IMG/VR virus record: IMGVR_UViG_3300042516_004698 | Span: 11,371-75,370 of that record | From: a virus | Reading direction: 5' to 3' (one strand) | DNA length: 64,000 nucleotides | Part shown: piece by piece, positions 1-7,200 of the stretch | Numbering within the stretch: position 1 is the stretch's first letter | Layout: each line of letters opens with the position of its first letter | Notes under the pieces: generated by a model | What the model was told of the DNA's origin: nothing | The model's input: only the letters and a program-made list of their open reading frames with translations | Database searches by the model: none | Made by a program: the position numbers and the translations under genes

Positions 1-492
1 GCGAAGACGGCTGGTGCCGACCCGACTGAAGAAGCCGCCGAAGGTGAAGACCACAGCGCGGAAGGCGATAGTCAGTCTGGCGAAGCCGCTCCTGATATGG
101 GCGGTGAAATGGCCGGGGCGCCCAGTGTTGAAGATATGATGGGCGGAGCTGGCGGTGGTGAGATGGGCGCTGCTCCCGGCGGCGAGCCGAGCGAAGAAGA
201 AGCCCTGCAAGAGCTGGCGATGGCGCTGCAAGAGCTGGGCATATCCCCTGAAGAGCTGATGGCTGGCTTAGCCGGCGGCGGTGGTGAAATGGGCGGGATG
301 CCGCCAGAAGGCATGCCGCCAGAAGCCGGTGCCCCGAAAATGGCCGCAGCGCGAGAGCTGCAAATGATTGGAAACGCCGTAGCTAATTTCAAGCGCGCCG
401 GTGGTTTTCAGATCAAAGAGGCGCGCACCAAGCGGTCGCGTCAACTGCGTGACATTATGAAGGCCCACGTCCGCGAGCTCACAAGTCGTTGA
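1..492 (+). CDS. 5'-truncated acidic Gly/Met/Pro-rich head protein (scaffold/internal head protein candidate)
   Basis: The frame is open from base 1 (AKTAGADPTEE...) into ORF 97..492. Low complexity and acidic, upstream of the capsid genes; 4 of 6 Lys are in K-x-A. Confidence 0.55.
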   Translation, partial: AKTAGADPTEEAAEGEDHSAEGDSQSGEAAPDMGGEMAGAPSVEDMMGGAGGGEMGAAPGGEPSEEEALQELAMALQELGISPEELMAGLAGGGGEMGGMPPEGMPPEAGAPKMAAARELQMIGNAVANFKRAGGFQIKEARTKRSRQLRDIMKAHVRELTSR

Positions 493-510
493 ATTTAAAC
501 GGAGGTTTCC

Positions 511-936
511 ATGTCCGATAAGAACGTTTTAGTCCAGAAGATCATCGACTACATCGGCTTTTCTGATGTTGCGATGAGCAAAGCGGCCGAAGTCCTCAAG
601 ACTCGCGAGTCGCAGCACGAGAAGATTGCTTCTCTGATTCCGGAGGCTGTGAAAGCTTGTGTTGAACACGAGCGCATCGAGCCGCATCAGAAGGAAGCAC
701 TGGCTGCTGCCCTGCAGGATCCGGTCCGCGCGATCGAGCTTGTTGTGAAGTTAGCGTCACACCGCAACGCGGCCGAGATGGCCCGTATCGGCGCGCCGAC
801 AACGACACAGAAGACGGCTGGATACGACCCGAACAATAGCGTCACAAGCTCGTACGTGGGCGCTCGTGACGGCAAGCTCCGGGCCTCGGACATTAAGTTG
901 TTCACGGGCCTTGGGCTGAATCCGCCCACAAACTGA
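511..936 (+). CDS. Hypothetical head/scaffold-associated protein
   Basis: Strong SD (ACGGAGG), helical composition, position in the head operon; 5 of 11 Lys are in K-x-A. Confidence 0.5.
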   Translation: MSDKNVLVQKIIDYIGFSDVAMSKAAEVLKTRESQHEKIASLIPEAVKACVEHERIEPHQKEALAAALQDPVRAIELVVKLASHRNAAEMARIGAPTTTQKTAGYDPNNSVTSSYVGARDGKLRASDIKLFTGLGLNPPTN

Positions 937-980
937 TTGAGAGATTCTTTACTACGAAGTGCGTGGCGCACTTTAAACCC

Positions 981-998
981 TAAGACACGGAGGTCTTA
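981..998 (+). promoter_or_regulatory. CsrA/Rsm-type binding hairpin over the RBS
   Basis: TAAGAC-ACGGAG-GTCTTA: perfect 6-bp stem with an ANGGAN hexaloop, ending 3 nt before ATG 1002. Confidence 0.7.
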
Positions 999-1001
999 AC
1001 T

Positions 1002-1562
1002 ATGGCAGCTCCCGATCTTCCCTTCGAACACGCCGTTGATATCAAAAAGGGCTGGTTCGACATGGCGTCGCTCGACTACTCGGCCAAGCTGGGTACAGTC
1101 GGCTACACCCTCCCGCGCGGCCGCGTGGTGCACCTTGAGCACGTAAACGGCGCAGAAGTTTTTCTGCCCGGCGTACGCGCTACTGACGTCGCTATCTTCC
1201 TGCTTAATGGCGCTAACGATGCCGACGTTTCAAACGACGGCACCACAGCTTCGGGCAAGTTTGTGCAGCAGGCGATCTCGCCGAGCGGCAAGCTGTCCGG
1301 CGTAGTGGCCACAGGCGGTTACGAGATCGACTCGACAGAGTTCGTCTCAAACCGGTCTTACGTTGCCGGCGATCTTCTCACGGCCCCCCTCGGTGCTGCC
1401 TCCGGCAACGCCGCGACCGGTGGCGTGCTGACCAACGCCAGCGTCACTCAGTTTGTCACACCGGTGGTCGGTGTGGTGTCCAGCGGTAAACACACCAACC
1501 ACAACGGCGTCAGCACGCTCTCCTTCTGGAGCGTGTGGCTTCCCGGCGCGGTACCCGGCTGA
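1002..1562 (+). CDS. Head decoration/capsid cement protein
   Basis: 186 aa, beta-rich Gly/Val/Thr composition, immediately upstream of the major capsid gene, biased codon use. Confidence 0.65.
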   Translation: MAAPDLPFEHAVDIKKGWFDMASLDYSAKLGTVGYTLPRGRVVHLEHVNGAEVFLPGVRATDVAIFLLNGANDADVSNDGTTASGKFVQQAISPSGKLSGVVATGGYEIDSTEFVSNRSYVAGDLLTAPLGAASGNAATGGVLTNASVTQFVTPVVGVVSSGKHTNHNGVSTLSFWSVWLPGAVPG

Positions 1563-1581
1563 AACTAACCCTTAACTATCA

Positions 1582-1597
1582 GGAACACGGAGGTTCC
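1582..1597 (+). promoter_or_regulatory. CsrA/Rsm-type binding hairpin over the major capsid RBS
   Basis: GGAAC-ACGGAG-GTTCC: 5-bp stem with an ANGGAN loop, ending 2 nt before ATG 1600. Confidence 0.7.
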
Positions 1598-1599
1598 AA

Positions 1600-2526
1600 A
1601 TGCCTACACAGTCAGAAATCCAACTGCTCAACGAAACACTGTTTGAGCAGCTCGACACTCCCGGCATGCAGAAGCAGGCCATCGACGCGGTTAACGACTT
1701 CACGCGCACCAAGATGCGTGAAGACGGGTTCTACCGGCGGATTATGCCGCCGCTGACAATCACCAACGACGAGCTCGACCGTCAGGTTGACACTGACAAG
1801 CCCGTCAAGATTGTCGATAAGGAACCCGATTCCCCGGCTGCCGTGTCGATCCCGTTTGCCACGCTGCCCGTTAACTTTTACATCCGTGGCCCGCGTTACC
1901 GCGTCATGTTTGACCGGATCGTGTCGCCCCGCGCTGTGAAGGACGTCGACGAACTGCGCACCTACGTCATGGACATCCGGCAGGTTCTGTCGGACAACAT
2001 GATCAAGGACATGCTCGCCGAAGAAGACGGAAAGTTCATGGCCGCGATCAACGCTGTGCTCCCGACTGCGGGCGCCCCGGCTGTTGGCTCGGGCGAAGTT
2101 CAATACGAGGAGATCTACGGTGGTATCACCCGCGAAACGCTGGTTGACGCCCTCAAGATCATGCCGCGTACGGCTTCGCACTTCGAGGTTGAGACTTGCC
2201 TCGTGAATAACCTCACGATCAAGGAGCTCCTCAAGTTCGGTCGCGACGAAATGGGTGGTGACTTCTCGCAAGACATCATCAAGAACGGCTGGGCGGAAAC
2301 CAACTTCCTGAATTGCCGCTGGATCGTGACGATCAAGACGGGCCTTGTCCCCACGGACAGCCTGTTCATGTTCGCCTCGCCCAAGTTCATCGGCAAGAAC
2401 TACGAGCTCGAGCCCACCACGATGTACATCCGTCGTGAAGCTTACATGCTCGAGTATTTTGCCTATGAGACGACAGGCGGCTCGTTCGGCCATACGAACG
2501 GTCTGGCCCGCGTCGATTTCAAGTGA
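1600..2526 (+). CDS. Major capsid protein (probable HK97 fold)
   Basis: 308 aa, strong C-ending codon bias typical of highly expressed genes, strong SD, position between the decoration and neck genes. Confidence 0.85.
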   Translation: MPTQSEIQLLNETLFEQLDTPGMQKQAIDAVNDFTRTKMREDGFYRRIMPPLTITNDELDRQVDTDKPVKIVDKEPDSPAAVSIPFATLPVNFYIRGPRYRVMFDRIVSPRAVKDVDELRTYVMDIRQVLSDNMIKDMLAEEDGKFMAAINAVLPTAGAPAVGSGEVQYEEIYGGITRETLVDALKIMPRTASHFEVETCLVNNLTIKELLKFGRDEMGGDFSQDIIKNGWAETNFLNCRWIVTIKTGLVPTDSLFMFASPKFIGKNYELEPTTMYIRREAYMLEYFAYETTGGSFGHTNGLARVDFK

Positions 2527-2557
2527 TAACAACGTTTAACTTTCAAGGAGCACAGAC

Positions 2558-2941
2558 ATGGATCAGGTAAAGCAGGCGGCCGAGCAGGGTTATGCCACAC
2601 TCGTGGCGGAACTTGCCGCGCCGTACTTTTTCGAGAAGCTTTCAGCGCACGGCATCTCGCCGCGCAATGAGGACGAGGCCGCAGAAATGTGGTCGGCCGC
2701 CCAGAAGCTTCATGTGCTCTATACAGCCGAGCAGCACAAGGCTGCCGCTGTACAGACCTCAAAGCTGGCTAGCGCCAACGAGCAGCTCGACGCTGTTCTT
2801 GTCGCCGCTGGCTTGGCCGGGTCTGAGAAGGTTGCGGCTTTTAATCAAGCGGCGGACGTCGCTGCGGCTCAGCCCAACATCGCCGACGCGGTGTTGAAGC
2901 TGCAAGCCGCTGCGGCGATCGCGCTGCAAAACGCTAGCTAA
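2558..2941 (+). CDS. Ala-rich helical head protein
   Basis: SD AAGGAG; 4 of 7 Lys are in K-x-A; in the head operon. Confidence 0.5.
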   Translation: MDQVKQAAEQGYATLVAELAAPYFFEKLSAHGISPRNEDEAAEMWSAAQKLHVLYTAEQHKAAAVQTSKLASANEQLDAVLVAAGLAGSEKVAAFNQAADVAAAQPNIADAVLKLQAAAAIALQNAS

Positions 2942-2959
2942 CTAATCTAGGAGCTTTTC

Positions 2960-3352
2960 ATGCCAAACACGACAACGGATCTCTATACGACTGTAAAGAA
3001 CGTTTCTGGGACAACCCAGACGTTCGGGTTTCTTGGTAAGCACGGCAAGCGACTCGCGAACAACGAAACCTATTCGGTTCGTGGGGATCTTGTCGGCGCT
3101 CTCGGCGCAGAACGCAGCACACGGCGTTTCGCTGCTCTTGAGCGGGCGCTTGTTAACGGCGCTCTGACTATTGTAAAGTCTCCGTCGGTGTACTTGCTGA
3201 GCGAAACTGGTGGCAACACCCGCGAGCTTGGTATGGCGTCGACCAATGAGCTGGGCACAACGGTTCCGTCGTTTGCCGGCGGCGGTGACTTCATCGAGGG
3301 CGACCTGAACACTAATGACGTAGCGAGCTCTAGCAGCTCTAGCGCCCCCTGA
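2960..3352 (+). CDS. Small virion protein with C-terminal Ser tract
   Basis: SD AGGAG; last gene before a terminator; ends SSSSSSAP. Confidence 0.5.
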   Translation: MPNTTTDLYTTVKNVSGTTQTFGFLGKHGKRLANNETYSVRGDLVGALGAERSTRRFAALERALVNGALTIVKSPSVYLLSETGGNTRELGMASTNELGTTVPSFAGGGDFIEGDLNTNDVASSSSSSAP

Positions 3353-3382
3353 GTTTAATTATCGCGATTCATCGTGATAAGA

Positions 3383-3417
3383 TAAGGGCTGGCCTCCGGG
3401 CCAGCCCTTAATCTTTT
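3383..3417 (+). terminator. Intrinsic terminator closing the capsid operon
   Basis: TAAGGGCTGGCC-TCCG-GGCCAGCCCTTA perfect 12-bp stem followed by ATCTTTT. Confidence 0.7.
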
Positions 3418-3434
3418 ACATAGCGAGCTAAAAC

Positions 3435-4442
3435 ATGGTTGTAATTGCTACGCCGAATGCTCCGCCGCCAGAACCTTGCTGCGATACGGATACCGGAACG
3501 CCGCCGACGCCAGCCGCTGTGCCGTTTGCCGGCCAGAGCGTGATCAGCGCGCCAATATCTGCCGTCAGCGGTCAGCCTATTTTGTCTCGTATGCGGGCTG
3601 TGTCGCTCACACAGGGCCAGACAACGACAATAGAGTGGCAGTTGCACGACAAAGACGGCGCCCCAATTAATTTAACGTCATTGGGTTTTACGAATAATTC
3701 GACGTCGTCCGGGCCGTTTCAAATCGTAATGCGGATAAAAGAACAGGTAGCGCTCGGTATTGGCAACTACGGTCCGCTGCAGGTACCCGCCACTGTAAAA
3801 ACAGCGGCTACCGGTATTGTGACAGTGGCGATGACCGCGAATCTGACGCAACTGCCGGGAGTGTATTACGGCGAAATGGCGCTGATAGACACATCAAATC
3901 CGAACGTGTCGTCGAAAATGATTTTTTCGAACACGTTTTCAGTGATTATTTCACGGAGTACGTTCGGTAACTCTACGCCGGGCGGTCCGCCGTCTATGGC
4001 AGAAATCCGATTGCATTTACGAGATAGCGCGCCCGGCGAGAGCTTTTTGCTCGACCACCTGATGTTTGACGACGCGGAAATCGCGCTGGCTATTACCCGG
4101 CCTATTCAATACTGGAACGAGATCCCCCCGCCGATCGCTACTTTTACAACGCAAGACTTCCCGTACAGGTATCACTGGCTTGAAGGTATTTGCGCCAATC
4201 TGTTCTTTATGGTTGCTGAGCAGTTCCGTAGAAACCAGTTGAGCTACTCGGCTGCAGGTATCGCGCTCGATGACCAGAACAAAGAGCCCAATTATGAGCG
4301 TGCCGGCCAAATGCGGTGGCAGGCGTACAGAGAGTGGGTGCGCGCGCAAAAAGCCTCGCTCAACCTTGAGGGCGGCTACGGCGAAGTCGGCTCGCTCTAC
4401 CAATATGGCGTTTACTCGTCCGGTATTCGGTCTCGGTACTAG
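3435..4442 (+). CDS. Head-tail adaptor/neck protein with N-terminal BppU-like Ig domain
   Basis: QGQTTTIEWQLHDKDGAPINLT...PGVYYGEM resembles BppU N-terminal domains; the C-terminal half (IRLHLRD...FDDAEI) is adaptor-like; synteny. Confidence 0.6.
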   Translation: MVVIATPNAPPPEPCCDTDTGTPPTPAAVPFAGQSVISAPISAVSGQPILSRMRAVSLTQGQTTTIEWQLHDKDGAPINLTSLGFTNNSTSSGPFQIVMRIKEQVALGIGNYGPLQVPATVKTAATGIVTVAMTANLTQLPGVYYGEMALIDTSNPNVSSKMIFSNTFSVIISRSTFGNSTPGGPPSMAEIRLHLRDSAPGESFLLDHLMFDDAEIALAITRPIQYWNEIPPPIATFTTQDFPYRYHWLEGICANLFFMVAEQFRRNQLSYSAAGIALDDQNKEPNYERAGQMRWQAYREWVRAQKASLNLEGGYGEVGSLYQYGVYSSGIRSRY

Positions 4443-4444
4443 GC

Positions 4445-4481
4445 GCTAAAAATCCGTTAAAAATGCGGCATATTAAATAGT
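4445..4481 (+). promoter_or_regulatory. Conserved phage promoter-like motif, copy 1
   Basis: GCTAAAAATCCGTTAAAAATGCGGCATATTAAATAGT; near-identical copy at 47498-47534. Confidence 0.6.
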
Positions 4482-4520
4482 GGTGTTTGCTACTATTTGC
4501 CCGATTTAACGGAGGTATCG

Positions 4521-4955
4521 GTGATCAAAACAAGCGCTGTCGACATGGCGCTCGCGCAGATTGTGAAAATGCGTGAGCACGATCGGCTGAATTCGGAAAG
4601 TTTTAATTTATACGAGGAGCTACTCGCGTTACATCACGCCCGCGGTGGCTCTGGAGACGAGCTGCCCGATAAGGCATACTCAGAATTGGCCCGGATGATT
4701 GCGGCTATATTGCTGGATATGGGCAACAGCGCTAATACAAAGTTTGCCGCGCTGCTCACGTTTATCCGTGATTTGCCCGACGATACCGCGGCGAGTGCGG
4801 AAACGGTAGACAAGCTGAAAGACACGGCGCTCGAGGCGGCTGATAGTTACTTGTTTACGTTAAGCATGTGCAAGGCGTCTCTCGCTGACGCGGATTACAA
4901 GTATCTTGCCGAGGTCGCTATTGACGCTAACAAGGACGCGTTGCAGGCCTCGTAA
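4521..4955 (+). CDS. Hypothetical helical protein in a moron-like cassette
   Basis: GTG start at 4521 after GGAGG; has its own upstream motif and downstream terminator. Confidence 0.6.
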   Translation: MIKTSAVDMALAQIVKMREHDRLNSESFNLYEELLALHHARGGSGDELPDKAYSELARMIAAILLDMGNSANTKFAALLTFIRDLPDDTAASAETVDKLKDTALEAADSYLFTLSMCKASLADADYKYLAEVAIDANKDALQAS

Positions 4956-4974
4956 CAATTTCACTGGTTAATTT

Positions 4975-5008
4975 GGGGCGCCCGTAAGCGCGTGCGCCCC
5001 TTTTTTTT
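4975..5008 (+). terminator. Intrinsic terminator
   Basis: GGGGCGC...GCGCCCC stem followed by T8. Confidence 0.85.
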
Positions 5009-5047
5009 AGCTATCAGCGCAGCCATAATGAATGGGCGAGAATAACT

Positions 5048-6274
5048 ATGTCACTACAGAAAACATACCCGTTTCGACGTGTTTCCGTAGATCACATGAT
5101 TTACGGGACGACGCGCGTGTGGTGGCAGCTCGAGCCAACGTTTAATGACCCGGGTCCGTATGTATTCCAGCTGCAGGTTGGCCGTACAGGGCTGCAAGAA
5201 GCCGACGACTGGCGCAATCTCGGGGCGCCGGTAATTAACGGCTATCATACGTTTGACAATAAACGCCACAACGTCGGCACTGTTTGGACAGCTCATTATC
5301 GATTAACGCTTACTACACCTAACGGTTATTACGTGTCGCCGGCTTCGCCAAGCACCGGCGAGCTGTCAGAGCAAGATTGGCTGCTGTCTCGAGAAATTAT
5401 CCGCAAAGAGCAGTTGCGAAGTAGAAAACTAGCTGTCGGCGGTTATTTAATTAAAGCGTTCCGTTACGGTGCGCCATGCCCCCGCTGCCGCGACAAATTA
5501 ACTGAAGAGTCTGGCGACACTGATTGCCCGGTATGCTACGGCACAGCGCTTGAAAACGGCTACCACCCTGCTTTACCGTTACAGTGCTGGGACTTGAGCT
5601 TGCAGACTATCGACGAAAACAGCGACGCCAACCTACGCGGCACAACAAGAGAAAACGCCGTAGTTACCGCGCGCGTAATAGGCTTCCCGGCGCTGAATTA
5701 CCGCGATATCTGGGTAAACGGCACGAGCGACGAGCGGTGGGTAGTGCAAGCTGTTAAGTCTGCCGCAGCTGTACGCGGGCTACCAATCGTATATGAAGTG
5801 CAGATGGAGCTTATCCCGCTTAGTAGTGTTGTGTACTACATACCGCTATCGTCAGCCGAATCGGGCCCGGCGATTCCGCTGCCGAGTGTGGGTGACGGGT
5901 GCGCGGTCGTGGGGCCAGCTTACGACGGGCTAGATTTACGTTATTTAACATCGCTGAATACGCCAGTTGCGGGCGCGCGGGTTTACGCATTTAAAAAAGC
6001 CGACGCTGACCGCGGTTTCCCCGATTACCCGCCGCGGCATTTAGCTGTTGCCGCTACAACGACAGATGCTGCAGGCTCTTGGGTCGCTAACTTAAGGCTA
6101 GACCCCGGCGACTACGTGCTGCTATACGAGAAGCTCAACGAATTTGGGCCAGACACCAAGGCAGTTAAAGTTTTAGAGCCTGTGTGCTACCCCACTAGTT
6201 CGTCGTCATCGTCATGTGCGCCAAAACCACCCATTGGGCCCGTCCGCCAAGTTAACACATTTTGGGATATATGA
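5048..6274 (+). CDS. Neck/head-closure protein with Zn-finger insert
   Basis: CPRC...CPVCYGT; stopper-like beta region (RDIWVNGTSDERWVVQAV); extra Ig-like domains; short Ser tract; synteny. Confidence 0.55.
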   Translation: MSLQKTYPFRRVSVDHMIYGTTRVWWQLEPTFNDPGPYVFQLQVGRTGLQEADDWRNLGAPVINGYHTFDNKRHNVGTVWTAHYRLTLTTPNGYYVSPASPSTGELSEQDWLLSREIIRKEQLRSRKLAVGGYLIKAFRYGAPCPRCRDKLTEESGDTDCPVCYGTALENGYHPALPLQCWDLSLQTIDENSDANLRGTTRENAVVTARVIGFPALNYRDIWVNGTSDERWVVQAVKSAAAVRGLPIVYEVQMELIPLSSVVYYIPLSSAESGPAIPLPSVGDGCAVVGPAYDGLDLRYLTSLNTPVAGARVYAFKKADADRGFPDYPPRHLAVAATTTDAAGSWVANLRLDPGDYVLLYEKLNEFGPDTKAVKVLEPVCYPTSSSSSSCAPKPPIGPVRQVNTFWDI

Positions 6275-6426
6275 TGCAGCCCGATAAATTGCGGCTTAAC
6301 GCCCAAATTGAGATGCGCGCTAAGCCACTAAAGACGCTACCGCAAATATCAATTACGCCCGAATTACCGAAAACAGATTCGCTACGTAGGTACCTTAAAG
6401 ATGTCGCACGAAAATCAGAGCAATGA
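6271..6426 (+). CDS. Small hypothetical protein (51 aa)
   Basis: ATGA overlap with the upstream stop; MMQPDKLRLNAQ...; fills the gap. Below the ORF-track cutoff. Confidence 0.4.
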   Translation: MMQPDKLRLNAQIEMRAKPLKTLPQISITPELPKTDSLRRYLKDVARKSEQ

Positions 6427-7093
6427 CTGCCCGGTAACCCCAGAACCGGAAAACCGTGTTCAGAAGGTGAGCTCGCTGTGTTCGTACGGCACCCGCCCGC
6501 ACGTCATGACCGGTTTACTGCGCCAACTGCTTATTCAGCACTTTACGGATCCCAATAACGTCGAAGATGAACTGTTACGGCAGAAATTTTTAGAGGTTGG
6601 AGGGTGGAAGCAGAACGAAAACGGACTGAATGACGGCGGTATTTTAATCGAAAGTATCACGCGCTGGCTGCCGAGCGACGAAGACAAGCGCCCGGCTGTT
6701 CTTATTAAACGTAACGACTGGTCATGGAACCGAATAGGTATCGGCGACGCGGCTGGTAGTGACTACACGTCCGGCTCCAGCAGTTACCTTGGTTTGTGGC
6801 AGGGAAGCCATACGTTATACTGTTTATCGTTAACAGGTCTCGAAACTGAGCTGTTGGCAATCGAAGTCGTCAGATTTTTGCAGCATTTTGGCCCGTGGAT
6901 TCGAGATCAAATGGACCTGAAAAGGTTCATGATCACACAAGTGGGCGGAATAAGTGAAATTAAAGAGGTGGTGCAGGGTTATGCCGTCCCTGTTACCGTG
7001 ACATACGTTGCCGAGGAGTCTTGGACGCTCCAGCCGTATGCGCCGCGTTTGAAGCGGATTGTCCTAAAGGCGTCAGAATTATTTACTTGCTGA
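6401..7093 (+). CDS. Tail terminator/completion protein
   Basis: Directly upstream of the sheath; KRPAVLIKR and YAVPVTVTY segments are typical of tail-completion folds. Confidence 0.6.
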   Translation: MSHENQSNDCPVTPEPENRVQKVSSLCSYGTRPHVMTGLLRQLLIQHFTDPNNVEDELLRQKFLEVGGWKQNENGLNDGGILIESITRWLPSDEDKRPAVLIKRNDWSWNRIGIGDAAGSDYTSGSSSYLGLWQGSHTLYCLSLTGLETELLAIEVVRFLQHFGPWIRDQMDLKRFMITQVGGISEIKEVVQGYAVPVTVTYVAEESWTLQPYAPRLKRIVLKASELFTC

Positions 7094-7200
7094 CTACGGA
7101 TTTAAAATCAAATACCGGGTGTTTTATTTGCAGTTACCGTTTTTTATACTGTGAATAGCCACCAACCGATCAACGCTTTACGGCATGGAGAGTTTTAACT

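Noticed and set aside
1612-2532. Long antisense ORFs over the capsid gene (also 61304-62368 over the AAA+ gene)
   Set aside because: Expected from strong codon bias that removes antisense stops; no recognisable protein.
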